Translations under genes and position numbers: made by a program
From: Gemmatimonadota bacterium
GTDB lineage: Bacteria > Latescibacterota > UBA2968 > UBA8231
DNA: 63,965 bases
NCBI GenBank assembly: GCA_038153405.1
Contig: JAYOYH010000015.1
Location: 38,289-102,253, forward strand
Reading direction: 5' to 3'
The notes under the pieces: model-generated
The model's database searches: none
Told to the model about the DNA's origin: nothing
The model's input: the letters and a program-made list of their open reading frames with translations, nothing else
Part shown: one piece after another, positions 47,368 through 57,718 of the stretch
How positions within the stretch are numbered: the first letter of the stretch is position 1
How the letters are laid out: each line of letters opens with the position of its first letter

Positions 47368-48276
47368 ATGGAATACGTTCAGTTCGGCAATACGGGTCTG
47401 CGCGTTTCGCGCCTGTGTCAGGGCACGGCCTTTCGCCATCTGCCGCGCGCTGACGACCCGCGCGCTCTGCGCGTGTTGGAATCTGCCATTGACCGCGGCA
47501 TAACCTTTTTCGACACGGCTATCGCCTACGGTTGGGGCGGTGCCGAGCGCGTGCTGGGTCGCGCGATGGGGGGGCGACGCGACAAGTTGGTCGTATGCGG
47601 CAAGGTGCCGGTGCGCTTAGAATCGGGGGTGCAGACAGCCTATACGCGCGCCTACCTGCACCAGCAGCTCGAAGAAAGTCTGAATCGACTAGGCACGGAC
47701 TACCTCGACCTCTACCTGCTGCACCACGTCGATGAGCACACGCCGCCGGCCGAAATAGGCGACGCTATGGAAGCGTTGGTAGAGATGGGCAAGGTGCGCT
47801 ACTGGGGCGTATCCAACCACAGCGCTGCGCAGGTGCAGACCTTGCGCGAATGGGGGTCGGTGGCCGCCGTCGAGGAGTATTACAATATCGCCGGCGCCCA
47901 CCTCGACGAGGAGGGGCGTTCGCGCACACTGCGCTTTGAACGGGAAATGATGCCGCTGCTGCGCTCGAGCGGGATGGGCTGTCTGGCATTTAGCCCGATG
48001 GATACGGGGCTGTTGGCCGCGGACGTGCCCTCCGATCCGGCGCTGCGCTCATTGGTCGCTGTCGTCGACCAAGTCGCCACCCAACTCGGCGTAGCGCGCG
48101 CGGCCGTATGCGTGGCATGGGTCAGTCGGCAAGCTGAAATTAGCAGCGTGCTGTGCGGAGCCGAATCGCCCGAACACGTCGAAGTCAATGCATTGGGCAG
48201 CACCTTGGCATTGCCTGTTCAGGCGCTGGCCCTTCTCGAAGAGGCGCGTCGGCGCTATCGGGCCGGCCAGCGCTGA
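47368..48276 (+). CDS. aldo/keto reductase
   Basis: GNTGLRVSRLC.G, FFDTA.AYG, SL.RLGTDYLDLYLLH and GKVRYWGVSN. Confidence 0.93.
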   Translation: MEYVQFGNTGLRVSRLCQGTAFRHLPRADDPRALRVLESAIDRGITFFDTAIAYGWGGAERVLGRAMGGRRDKLVVCGKVPVRLESGVQTAYTRAYLHQQLEESLNRLGTDYLDLYLLHHVDEHTPPAEIGDAMEALVEMGKVRYWGVSNHSAAQVQTLREWGSVAAVEEYYNIAGAHLDEEGRSRTLRFEREMMPLLRSSGMGCLAFSPMDTGLLAADVPSDPALRSLVAVVDQVATQLGVARAAVCVAWVSRQAEISSVLCGAESPEHVEVNALGSTLALPVQALALLEEARRRYRAGQR

Positions 48277-49119
48277 TCAGCCGCGCGAAGCCTCGGTGCG
48301 TTCTGCGCGCGCCCGCGCCGTCAGCGCCGGCAGGTGGTCATCGTTAGCCAGTCCCTGTTCGAGGTGCTTCATACGCTCTGGCCCAGCCGTTTTTAGCATG
48401 GCTTCGCCGTATAGTTCGTCCATCAAGAAGCGGGCAAAGGCGCTGATCTCTTCGCGCATCAGACCGATCTGGTCTTCCCGGTGCTTGGGGGTGCAGTTGA
48501 TGGTGAACATGCGCCGGCGTTTGCCGCCGCCCCAGGCGCTGTGCTTGATGCCCTGGTTAAAGACGACCACGTCGCCGGGCTGCGTCTCTAGGGCGACGCA
48601 GGGCACTTCGGCGCCGCCGATGCCCCAGTGTTCCTGCGATTGCCGTATTTGCCCTTCGATCGCCTCGGCAAAGCCCTCGCCGTATCGGTGACTGCCTGGA
48701 ATCACGCGCAGGGCACCGGTGGTCGCCGTCAGGGGATCGAGGTAGAGCGCGAGCTTGTAATAGATGATGGGGCGCGGCCAGCCTCCGTCCGAATGCCAGC
48801 CGGTGTCGCCGACGTAGTAGTTGCCGTCGCTGCCAATATACTGGTATTCATCGCCGAGTAGACTGGCGAAGATGCCGTCGACACGTCCATCGTCGAGCAG
48901 TGCTGAGAGGCGCTCGCTCTGATCTATGAAGGGCACCAGACACGAGCGCTGCTGGCCGTCGTGCGGCTGGCCTTCGTGACCGCCGCCGTGCATCTCCCAT
49001 ACGCCTTCAAAGGCGGCAGTGATTTCTTCAATACAGTCGCCGAGCAAACCGGGAAAATGCAGGTAGCCGAAGGTGTTCATAAAAGCCATCTGCTGGGTAT
49101 TCAGGCGCAGTTTTTCCAT
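48277..49119 (-). CDS. PhyH family dioxygenase
   Basis: TFGYL, GWHSD, GALRVIPGSH and PGDVVVFN...KHS.....RRM. Confidence 0.9.
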   Translation of the reverse strand: MEKLRLNTQQMAFMNTFGYLHFPGLLGDCIEEITAAFEGVWEMHGGGHEGQPHDGQQRSCLVPFIDQSERLSALLDDGRVDGIFASLLGDEYQYIGSDGNYYVGDTGWHSDGGWPRPIIYYKLALYLDPLTATTGALRVIPGSHRYGEGFAEAIEGQIRQSQEHWGIGGAEVPCVALETQPGDVVVFNQGIKHSAWGGGKRRRMFTINCTPKHREDQIGLMREEISAFARFLMDELYGEAMLKTAGPERMKHLEQGLANDDHLPALTARARAERTEASRG

Positions 49120-49229
49120 TTGTGATTTCCTTTCCGGGTCGTTGGCGTCACGCGGATCGATTGATTATAGTTTAGCACGCGGTCGCAGCGCAACCGTGCG
49201 TTGGTCATCTCTCTTCGCAGGAGTTTACG

Positions 49230-50039
49230 ATGAAAATTGGTCTCTATGCCTCTATGTTCGGCAAGGAAAAACCGCCCGCTTTAGAGAGCATCGAAAGCTA
49301 TATCGACTGCGCCTATGAGCTGCGTCTAGATCTGATCGACTTTCGCCGAGACCGCGGCTTTGACTCAAAGGATCCCTCGTACTTATTCGAAACAAAGCTC
49401 AACTGCCTGCGCAAGGGACTGTCGGTGGGCTATTTAGCTTCGATTGGCCACTTTTCCGGGACAGACGAAGCGCTGGCCGAAAAGGTCGCTGCCGCCAAGG
49501 AAGACGTCGACGTGGCGCTCTTTTTGGGCGCGCCGATGATCCGCATCTTTACCGGTTTGCTCGAGAGCCGCGAGGACCAGCGGCGCGAGGTGCGCTGCTT
49601 TCAGGAAATCGCCGACTATGCTGCGCAGAAAGGGATCTCCATCGGTCTGCAAAACCATCCCTCGACGGGTGACGAGGTGCGGCGCATTCTCGAAGAGACG
49701 GATCGGCCCAACTTTACGTTTCTCCTCGACACCGGCCAGTGGAAAGACGCGCCGATGTACAACGGCGGCGGGCCGACTCCGGCCGATCACCCGCTCTACG
49801 ACTATATGCGAGAGACGGCGCCCTACGCAACGCACGTGCGCGCCAAGTTTTTCAAGATCGACTCGGGACGCGAAGAGTATCTCGACTACGAACGCATCGT
49901 GCCGACGCTGATCGATGCCGGCTATAACGGGCCACTGACAGTAGTTTTCGAGGGCAAGGACATCAACGCCTGCGGCGATCGCGACGTGATTCGTTTGGCG
50001 GCGGCTCAGCTGCGGGAATTAGCCATCAAATACGCCTAG
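49230..50039 (+). CDS. sugar phosphate isomerase/epimerase (AP endonuclease 2 TIM barrel)
   Basis: LGAPMIRIFTG, LQNH, LLDTG, HVRAK, LDY and GYNG...VFE. Confidence 0.85.
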   Translation: MKIGLYASMFGKEKPPALESIESYIDCAYELRLDLIDFRRDRGFDSKDPSYLFETKLNCLRKGLSVGYLASIGHFSGTDEALAEKVAAAKEDVDVALFLGAPMIRIFTGLLESREDQRREVRCFQEIADYAAQKGISIGLQNHPSTGDEVRRILEETDRPNFTFLLDTGQWKDAPMYNGGGPTPADHPLYDYMRETAPYATHVRAKFFKIDSGREEYLDYERIVPTLIDAGYNGPLTVVFEGKDINACGDRDVIRLAAAQLRELAIKYA

Positions 50040-50052
50040 TAGGAGTTGGCAT

Positions 50053-50922
50053 ATGGATCCCAGAGACATCAAAAAACCCGATCTGTCTTACCGCTACGAA
50101 TTCTCCATCGACGAGCTTGATGCGGCTATCGCCTGCATGAACGCACACGGTTTTTGCGTGATTGAGGATCTCTTACCCGACTATCTCGTCGAAGAGCTCA
50201 AGGAAGCCGTCGTCGAGGCGGCCGACCCCGACGGCGCGCTGCAGCCGGGGCAGAGCTACACGCACACCTCGTTTGTCGAGACGGGCCCCAAGGCCTGGCA
50301 GTTGCTCGAGTACGAGCCCTTTATGCGCGTGCACGCCGCCTTTATTGGCACCGACGAGCTGACCATCCACCGCTCGGCCTGCATCCTCCGCAAGCAGGAC
50401 TCGCAACCGGTTACCTGGCATACGGATTGGCGCGGCTTTGCCGAAACGCCTGCCGTCGATACGGGCGGCGTGCTCAATCGCGGCGACTGGCCTTCGGGCA
50501 AGTGGTTCTATATCACCGGCTCGCACCCCCTGCACGGTGGCCTGTGCGTCATTGAGGATTCACACATCGAAGGGTGGAATGGGCCCGAGGGGTTCCATCT
50601 GACGGCAGATCGCACCTCGTTCTATCCAGCCGACGAACCGGAATCTCGCTACAGCGGTTTTGATATACCGGGTCTGGTGCCGCTGTTCACCCGGCCCGGC
50701 GATATGATCGTCTTTGCTCATCGCACCTATCACGGCGCCTTTTCCAACACGCTTAAAGAAGACCGGCTGTCCTGCGCCATTGGCTTTCGCCGCCGCGACC
50801 ATCGGATTGAAACACCCTGGGCGCTGCCCGATTCGGCGCGTGCCTTTATCGATGCGTTGCCCGATCACTTAAAGCACTACGCGGACGGCTACACCGGTAT
50901 CGAGCGCAGCTGGCGCGGCTAG
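50053..50922 (+). CDS. PhyH family dioxygenase
   Basis: HGFCVI, WHTD, GGLCVIEDSH and PGDMIVF.HRTYHG; AGGAG RBS. Confidence 0.88.
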   Translation: MDPRDIKKPDLSYRYEFSIDELDAAIACMNAHGFCVIEDLLPDYLVEELKEAVVEAADPDGALQPGQSYTHTSFVETGPKAWQLLEYEPFMRVHAAFIGTDELTIHRSACILRKQDSQPVTWHTDWRGFAETPAVDTGGVLNRGDWPSGKWFYITGSHPLHGGLCVIEDSHIEGWNGPEGFHLTADRTSFYPADEPESRYSGFDIPGLVPLFTRPGDMIVFAHRTYHGAFSNTLKEDRLSCAIGFRRRDHRIETPWALPDSARAFIDALPDHLKHYADGYTGIERSWRG

Positions 50923-50934
50923 GCCACTGGCCTA

Positions 50935-51810
50935 TTACTCCGCTGCGCGCTGCGCGATGGAGCCTTCCTGCGTCAGCGCAAAGATCACCGCGTTGACCGT
51001 CATCTGCTGAAAGCGCATGCTGCTAAACCGGCTGACGCGCGCCTCGTTGATCGCCCGCACAGATTTTTCGTCGAGCTGCGCCACGGCGGCGCGGTCTTCA
51101 TCCGAGCCCAGTTCGCGCACGTTCTCCTCGCGAAATTCGCGCTCGTCCTGCACGCCGAGTCCGGCAAAGGAAATGGCGGCCAAGCGGTCGCGCACGAATA
51201 GGCCCTGCATACCGGTGGGCGAAGGCAGCACATTTTCCTCTAAATTGATGTCGAAAAAGGTGCTGAAAATGGGATGGCCGTCCGGCACGCGTTCCGCCCA
51301 GGCATCGCGGCCCCAGACGAGCTCACCATACTTTTCCAGCCCTTCGCGATAGGTGTCAAAGCCTAGCGAGGCGTCGATGACGAATCCCCCCGCCAGCAGA
51401 TAACCGGTTAGCTGTGCCAACTCGATCTGGTTGGGCAAACTTTGCGGAATGATAATAGGCAGATCAAATAGGCGCGGATCGCTATAGGTTATGCTCGGCG
51501 TGATCTCTGCACGCACTTCCGTATACTGATTGACGATATCTACGATCATCTCCAAATCGCGCAGGTTGCCGACTCGAGTCAGCACGTCGGTGTTGGAAAT
51601 ATTATCCGATGCTACGCGACCCATGCGAAAAAAACCGGACACCGCTTGGGGGGCGGTTGGGTCAAAGGCGATTTTAGCGGCGAACCGCTCTTTCTCGTAG
51701 GCGCGCTGTTTTTCCTCGACCGTTTGTGGCGATACAGCCAGCGGCGTGCACGCGGCCAAATAGCATGCACTGAGGGCCACACATAGTTGGTGTACCGATG
51801 CTGGTTTCAT
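50935..51810 (-). CDS. DUF4159-like lipoprotein
   Basis: AAGGAG RBS; LAAC lipobox; YLLAGGFVI, HPIF..FFDI and VNAVIFALTQ. Confidence 0.7.
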   Translation of the reverse strand: MKPASVHQLCVALSACYLAACTPLAVSPQTVEEKQRAYEKERFAAKIAFDPTAPQAVSGFFRMGRVASDNISNTDVLTRVGNLRDLEMIVDIVNQYTEVRAEITPSITYSDPRLFDLPIIIPQSLPNQIELAQLTGYLLAGGFVIDASLGFDTYREGLEKYGELVWGRDAWAERVPDGHPIFSTFFDINLEENVLPSPTGMQGLFVRDRLAAISFAGLGVQDEREFREENVRELGSDEDRAAVAQLDEKSVRAINEARVSRFSSMRFQQMTVNAVIFALTQEGSIAQRAAE

Positions 51811-51930
51811 CGGCAATAGCTCCTTGTTTGAGGGTCTCGTGGGGACCACGCAATTCAATCTCGATACTGCACCTACACGTCGAATATACGTTTGACCGGC
51901 GGCAGGTCGCATCTGTGCGAGTCTGCCGGG

Positions 51931-52884
51931 TTATAGTGCTTCGCCGCCCGGCGCGGGCGGTGGCTGCAGAATGGCCAAAAACTGCGCAAAAGCCTCCCAC
52001 TGCTCCTCGGCGATGGAGGCCGTTGCGTGGCGGATATTGTCTTCTAATTCGGCGACGGTGCGCGGCCCTACCAGCGTGGCGCCGATGCGCGGTTCGCGCA
52101 GGCTAAATTGGACGGCCAACGCGCCAACTTCTATATCGCGTTCGCGGCACCAGGCATAGATCTGGCGTGCGCGCTCCACGTCGGGGTTTTCTCCCTGACT
52201 GGCAGCTGCGGCGTCCAAGTCGATGCCGGCCAACAAGCCGGCCTGGTAGGGCGAACCGTTGACCACGCCGACCCCGGCCACACGGGCGTGGTCCAGCAGC
52301 GGGGCCATCGATTGGCGAATGGGGTGGTAATCGTAGGAAGGCAAAATGATATCGGCTCGCCCGCTGTCGATGATCTGGCGCTGCCAGCGATGGGTGCGGT
52401 TGCCCAGGCCAATGGCGCGAATTTCGCCGCGCGCGCGCAGGTCCTCTAATACTTCGAGGGCGCCGCCCGGTCCCATAATGGTCGCCATATCTGCGTCCGA
52501 ACGGGGATCGTGGACAAAGACGATGTCGATCGGGCCGAGCAACTGACGGCTGTTTTCGTAGCACCAGCGCACGTCGTCGGCCCCGTAGGCGTGGCGGCGC
52601 TCGGGATGGGTGCCTACCTTGGTGGAAACGGTCAGGCTGGTGCGCGCATCGCCATCGAGAGCGGCCAGACCAGCGCCCAGGTGTCGCTCCGATTCGCCCG
52701 CTCCGTACATCGGCGAGGTGTCGAAGTAGCGCACGCCCAATTCGACGGCGCGCTGCACCGCGCGAATGGCTTCCGCTTGCCGCTCTTGCGGGTCGTCTGA
52801 ATCTCTCAGCAGGCCTAAGTGACCGCCTATGCCCAATGCGGTGGTCTCAACGCTGCTGCGTCCGAGCGGTTGTATGGGAAACAT
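51931..52884 (-). CDS. aldo/keto reductase (sugar/aldose dehydrogenase-like)
   Basis: YFDTSPMYG.G.SE, STKVG, VFVHDP and G.IRAIGLG; AGGAG RBS. Confidence 0.9.
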   Translation of the reverse strand: MFPIQPLGRSSVETTALGIGGHLGLLRDSDDPQERQAEAIRAVQRAVELGVRYFDTSPMYGAGESERHLGAGLAALDGDARTSLTVSTKVGTHPERRHAYGADDVRWCYENSRQLLGPIDIVFVHDPRSDADMATIMGPGGALEVLEDLRARGEIRAIGLGNRTHRWQRQIIDSGRADIILPSYDYHPIRQSMAPLLDHARVAGVGVVNGSPYQAGLLAGIDLDAAAASQGENPDVERARQIYAWCRERDIEVGALAVQFSLREPRIGATLVGPRTVAELEDNIRHATASIAEEQWEAFAQFLAILQPPPAPGGEAL

Positions 52885-53030
52885 ATCTTTCTCCTGGTGT
52901 ATGCGTATAGCAGCGCCGCCGGTAGGTCGGCAGGGCGCGGCAATTGACAGCGCGCTGCTCGCGCCGCCATACTGTATCTGCGATAAAAACGCGCGTCGCC
53001 CTCTGCCCAGCGCCGCGATAACCATCGAGG

Positions 53031-54053
53031 ATGTTCGCTATGCACGCCTTCTATTTGCACGGGGCCAAAGACTTGCGCCCGGCCGACATTGACCGTCCCG
53101 CTCTGGCCGAAGATCAGGTGCTGGTGCGGATCTGCGCCACCGGCATTTGCGGATCGGACTTGCACTATTACGCGCACGGTCGCAACGGCGATTTCGTGCC
53201 GGCGCGCCCGTTTATTCTCGGGCATGAATCGGCCGGCGAAATCGTCGACGCCGGCGCCTTTGCCGACGCGCTGCCGGTGGGCACGCGCGTGGCCATCGAT
53301 CCGGCCCATCCCTGCAGGACCTGCGCCTACTGCATCGATGGGCGCTACAACCTTTGTCCCAACATGCGTTACTACGGCTCGGCCGCTTCGTCGCCGCCGT
53401 TTGACGGCACCTTTCGCCAGTGCGCGCCGGCGCTGGCCGCCGGTTGTCATCCCATCCCAGACGGCCTCGACTACCGCCAGGCCGCTCTGCTCGAACCGCT
53501 AGCCGTCGCCCTGCAGGCCATCAAACGCGCCGACGGCGTCGCGGCAAAGCGGGTGCTCGTCTGCGGCGCTGGTCCGATCGGTCAGCTCGTCGGTTTAGTC
53601 GCCCGCCACTACGGCGCCGCGTGGCTAGCTGTATCCGATCTGCGTCCGGCGGCCCTGAAGCTGGCCGCTGACACGTGGGCCGACGAGCCGCTGCACCCCA
53701 ACGAACTGGACCAGGTCACCCGCCGCGGCGTCGATCTGGTTATCGAGGCCTCCGGTGCGCCGGCGGCGCTGGCGGCCGCCTACGCGTGCTGCAGTCCGGG
53801 TGGCACTATCGTGCAGCTGGGCACGCAGCCGGCGGAAGTCAGCCTGCCGGTTAACCTCGTCATGGCCAAGGAACTGACCCTGCGCGGCTCCTTCCGCTTT
53901 GCCCACGTCTTTGCGCAGGGACTAGACCTGCTGATACAGCGGCGCATCGACCTGCGTCCGCTAATTACGCACCACTTTGCCTTTGACGATTTAGTCGCCG
54001 GTATGGAAACGGCCTCCAGTCCCGACTCGATCAAGGTCGTCATCGACTATTGA
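53031..54053 (+). CDS. zinc-dependent alcohol dehydrogenase, L-idonate/sorbitol 5-dehydrogenase-like
   Basis: GICGSDLHYY, LGHE, structural-Zn C..C..C.......C, GAGPIG and KEL.LRGSFRF. Confidence 0.92.
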   Translation: MFAMHAFYLHGAKDLRPADIDRPALAEDQVLVRICATGICGSDLHYYAHGRNGDFVPARPFILGHESAGEIVDAGAFADALPVGTRVAIDPAHPCRTCAYCIDGRYNLCPNMRYYGSAASSPPFDGTFRQCAPALAAGCHPIPDGLDYRQAALLEPLAVALQAIKRADGVAAKRVLVCGAGPIGQLVGLVARHYGAAWLAVSDLRPAALKLAADTWADEPLHPNELDQVTRRGVDLVIEASGAPAALAAAYACCSPGGTIVQLGTQPAEVSLPVNLVMAKELTLRGSFRFAHVFAQGLDLLIQRRIDLRPLITHHFAFDDLVAGMETASSPDSIKVVIDY

Positions 54054-54063
54054 GGGTGTGCTC

Positions 54064-54471
54064 TTAGGCCTCGTCGACGGTTTTGAACGAAGTGCCCCAG
54101 GCCTTGATGCGGGCGTGGTGGACGCCGTTGTACTCGGCTTTTTCCCACATAGTCAGTAGGACGAAATCTTCCGTTTCGCTCTCGTTATACAGGGCATGCT
54201 TGGTGCCCCCGGCGATAAAGACGACCATGCCCGGCTTCAAGTCGTACGGCTCGTCGTCCAAGTAGAGAATCGCCTGTCCGCGCACGGCGTAGTAGAGCTC
54301 GTTCTCCTTGTGGACGCCGGCTTCCGTGCGCCCGCCTGGTTTGAGCGTGCCTTCGTTGATATTGATCGCCTCGGTGCCGGCGACAAAGTCGTCCATGAGT
54401 AGCTTTGACGAGTAGCTGTCGTCGCATATAAAGGGCTGTACCTGCGCTGGGTCGACGATTTGTTTTGCCAT
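54064..54471 (-). CDS. cupin domain protein
   Basis: G.HKENELYY..RG.A and PGMVVFI.GG.KHAL motifs. Confidence 0.88.
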   Translation of the reverse strand: MAKQIVDPAQVQPFICDDSYSSKLLMDDFVAGTEAININEGTLKPGGRTEAGVHKENELYYAVRGQAILYLDDEPYDLKPGMVVFIAGGTKHALYNESETEDFVLLTMWEKAEYNGVHHARIKAWGTSFKTVDEA

Positions 54472-54683
54472 GATAGATCCTCTCTGCAGTTGAGTGAAGA
54501 AGTCGCTCTGTCCTTGGCCGAGGGTTGGGCAGAGCGCGCTTGCTAGCGCTTATAAAGCAATGTGGATGCGATGCGGTCAAGCGGCGTTGACGTCTGCCTC
54601 GTCGCCTGCTATTTTGCGCCCTCGTCCATGGGGTGTCGACTCATCGGCAAGTGGACGGTCTAATTTTACACGAGGTATATCGC

Positions 54684-55505
54684 ATGTCGCACGCACTCTT
54701 TGATTTGCACGGACGGATTGCCGTCGTATCTGGCGCGGCCAGCGGCCTGGGTAAGGCCATGGCGACCGCGCTGGCCGAAGTGGGGGCCGATCTCGTGCTG
54801 GCCGATATCAATCGCCAAGGGGTAGAGCAGACGGCCGACGAGCTGCAGGCCCTTGGCGTCCGCGCCTTGCCGGTCGAGTGCGATATGTCCGCGCCCGAGC
54901 AGATTCGCGCCTTATTCGAGCAGGTGGATCGCACCTATGGACGCGTCGATATCCTCGGCAACGTCGCCGGCAACGCGCGCGGCGGCGATCCGCTTACGGT
55001 GGCCGAGATCGACGTTGAATTCACCATGAAAAACCTCATTGTCGGTCGCCTCGTCGCCTGTCAGGAAGCGGCGCGGCGCATGGTCGAAACGGGCAGGGGC
55101 AGCATCATCAATTTGATTTCGATTGCCGGCATCACCGCGCTGGGGCGCAACCATCTGCCCTACTCGATGGGCATGGCTGGCGCTGCGCAGATGACGCGTG
55201 AGCTGAGCACGGAGTGGAGCGGGCGCGGCGTGCGCGTCAATGGCATCGTCTGCGCGCAGATTATGAACGCGGGGCTAGAGGCGCGCATTGCCGCCGATCC
55301 CAAGCTGGGCGCGACCTATTTACGCGGCATCCCGATAGGCCGGCTGGGGGAGTCGGACGACATCAAGGGCGTATCCATTTTTCTTGCCTCCGATGCGTCA
55401 GCTTGGATCACCGGTGCTCTGATTCCGCTGGACGGCGGCAATCTGGCCAAAAATGCCGGCGGCAGTCACCACGGCATGCCCGATGCGCCGGACGAGCAGC
55501 GCTGA
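54684..55505 (+). CDS. SDR family oxidoreductase (gluconate 5-dehydrogenase-like) with YxxxM
   Basis: VSGAASGLG, NVAG, SIIN.ISIAG, YSMGM, VRVN.I and ITG..I.LDGG; GAGG RBS. Confidence 0.9.
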   Translation: MSHALFDLHGRIAVVSGAASGLGKAMATALAEVGADLVLADINRQGVEQTADELQALGVRALPVECDMSAPEQIRALFEQVDRTYGRVDILGNVAGNARGGDPLTVAEIDVEFTMKNLIVGRLVACQEAARRMVETGRGSIINLISIAGITALGRNHLPYSMGMAGAAQMTRELSTEWSGRGVRVNGIVCAQIMNAGLEARIAADPKLGATYLRGIPIGRLGESDDIKGVSIFLASDASAWITGALIPLDGGNLAKNAGGSHHGMPDAPDEQR

Positions 55506-55544
55506 TCGATGCCGTGCAATGCATTATAATCCGCGCAGGGAGGT

Positions 55545-56375
55545 ATGCCGATGACACTTTTTAGTAGGGATAATTTGCTCGCTTGGTGCATTGTGCCGTT
55601 TGACGCGGCCGGGCGCAGTCCGCAGCAGCGCGCTGCCATGCTGCAGCGTCTGGGCATCGGTGCGCTGGCCTACGATTGGCGCGACGAACACCTGTCTTCG
55701 TTTGACGAAGAGCTGCGCCAACTGCGCGACCACGGCATTGGACTGCAAGCGTTCTGGCTGGCAGGTGGGTCACCCAAAGACGCCGACGCGGCGCGCGCCG
55801 ACGCGCATATTCGCGCCGCGCTCGATTTTGTCGAGCGCAACGACTTGCAGATTGAAATGTGGAAGACCTGCGGCGGGCGCCACCTCGAAGCGATCGCCGA
55901 CGAGGAGCAGCGACTGGACTCGGCGGTGGCTGAAGTGGCCGTACTGGCCGAGCTCTTTGGCGATATGGGATGCACCTACGGGCTCTACAACCACGGCGGC
56001 TGGGGCGGTCAGCCGCAGACCATGATCGATATTGCAGATCGCGTCGAACGGGCGGGCATTGCCTACAACTTTCATCACGGCCATGAGCATTTGGGGCAGA
56101 TGCCGGCCGACTTCAATGCCATGGTGCCGCACCTGCTCTGCGTCAATCTCAACGGCATGGCCGCCACCGGTCCGAAGATCTTGCCGCTGGGCCAGGGCGA
56201 CGACGACCGGGCGCTGCTGGACATGGTCGCCAATAGCGGCTATGGGGGGCCAATCGGCATCCTCGACCACCGGCCGGAAATGGATGCCGAAGAGAGTCTG
56301 CGGCAAAACTTAGACGGGCTGCAGAGCCTGCTGGCCGCGCGCGGTGACGACGCGGCACTCGCGACCTACCGCTAA
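55545..56375 (+). CDS. xylose isomerase-like TIM barrel protein
   Basis: AWCIVPFD, LYNHGGW, YNFHHGH, NLNG, LPLGQG and GY.GPIG motifs; GGAGG RBS. Confidence 0.8.
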   Translation: MPMTLFSRDNLLAWCIVPFDAAGRSPQQRAAMLQRLGIGALAYDWRDEHLSSFDEELRQLRDHGIGLQAFWLAGGSPKDADAARADAHIRAALDFVERNDLQIEMWKTCGGRHLEAIADEEQRLDSAVAEVAVLAELFGDMGCTYGLYNHGGWGGQPQTMIDIADRVERAGIAYNFHHGHEHLGQMPADFNAMVPHLLCVNLNGMAATGPKILPLGQGDDDRALLDMVANSGYGGPIGILDHRPEMDAEESLRQNLDGLQSLLAARGDDAALATYR

Positions 56376-56419
56376 CAATGCGCGGCCACATATCCGCGCA
56401 AACGAGGAGCACCGATGCC

Positions 56420-57646
56420 ATGCGCAACCATCCGCTCGACGGTATTCAACGCGAGAAACTCACCATTCGCGACGTCCGCGTTATCCCCCTATCCTACGTC
56501 GACCCGGGCGGCGATCTGTGGCGCAGTGGGGCGTATCAGGTGTGGAAAACCGACGGCGCCATCACGCAGATCTTCACCGATGAGGGGCTGGTGGGTATCG
56601 GCGAGGGCTCGCCCTATGAAGATCCCGCCGCGATCAAAGAGTACACCGAAACGCACATACGCCCGCTGCTGATGGGAAAGAATCCCTTTGACGTCGAGGC
56701 GCTGTGCAACCGCGGCAATGAATCGCGGCATCGCCGCGCACCGTGGGCCGGCGTAGACGCGGCTTGTTGGGACCTGATCGGCAAGGCCGTCGGCCAGCCC
56801 GTCTACGAGCTGCTCTGCACCGAGGGCACGCCGCAGCGACAGATCAAAATCTACGCTAGCGGCGGCGTCGAACACGCCTGGTACGACGGCGGCACTGAGG
56901 CACTCATCGAAGAAGCGCTACGCCACCGAGAAGCCGGCTATGACGCCTTTAAGTTTCGCCCGGGCACCGACTGGCAGGCTGCCGGTATGACGCTGGAAAA
57001 GTATGCGCCCATTCTAGAAGAACTGCGGGCGGCTGTCGGTCCCGACTTTCGTCTGATGCACGAGGGCTTGGGCATGAGCCTAGGATCGCTGGAAGCGATT
57101 ATCAGCGACTTTGCGCCGCTGCTGGAAGCGCTGGGTTTTTACTGGTTTGAAGAGGCCTTTGGCGGCACGAGCCTCGAGCACATCGATTTGTTTATTCGCT
57201 TGAAAGAGGCCATGCCAACGGTGCGCGTTTCTGGCGGAGAGCGCTTTCGCGAGCGCTTTGAGGCTCAGGTGTGGCTCGACCGCCAGGCGCTCGATATCGT
57301 GCAGACGGATTGCAACGTAACTGGCGTGACGGAAAACTGGTACATCGCGCGTATGGCGCGGCTGCGCGGGATCAGCCTCATACCGCACAACTGGCACGGC
57401 GGCGGCACGACGATGGCCAATGCGCACCTCGTCGCCGCCATTGCCAACCGCGAGTACTGCGAATTAAACGGGACGTATAATCCGCTCAAAGAGGGGATAT
57501 TCAAAGAGCCGCTGACGGTCCAGAACGGCGTGATGACGCTGCCCGATGGACCGGGTTTTGGCGTTGAACTCATTGACGATGTGGAAGCAAAGTTTCCCTT
57601 TCAGCCGGGTTCCTACCAGAAGCCCAATACGCGCGTGACGCCCTGA
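56420..57646 (+). CDS. mandelate racemase/MLE family acid-sugar dehydratase
   Basis: TDEGLVGIGE, WDLIGKA, YASGG, WFEE, GGE, VQTD, PHNW and PDGPGFGVEL. Confidence 0.92.
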   Translation: MRNHPLDGIQREKLTIRDVRVIPLSYVDPGGDLWRSGAYQVWKTDGAITQIFTDEGLVGIGEGSPYEDPAAIKEYTETHIRPLLMGKNPFDVEALCNRGNESRHRRAPWAGVDAACWDLIGKAVGQPVYELLCTEGTPQRQIKIYASGGVEHAWYDGGTEALIEEALRHREAGYDAFKFRPGTDWQAAGMTLEKYAPILEELRAAVGPDFRLMHEGLGMSLGSLEAIISDFAPLLEALGFYWFEEAFGGTSLEHIDLFIRLKEAMPTVRVSGGERFRERFEAQVWLDRQALDIVQTDCNVTGVTENWYIARMARLRGISLIPHNWHGGGTTMANAHLVAAIANREYCELNGTYNPLKEGIFKEPLTVQNGVMTLPDGPGFGVELIDDVEAKFPFQPGSYQKPNTRVTP

Positions 57647-57718
57647 GATCCGATCGCTCGGAGCAGCGGCGCCGTTTGTCGGTATATTCGGCCCATAATC
57701 CTCAGGAGACGCGATTCG

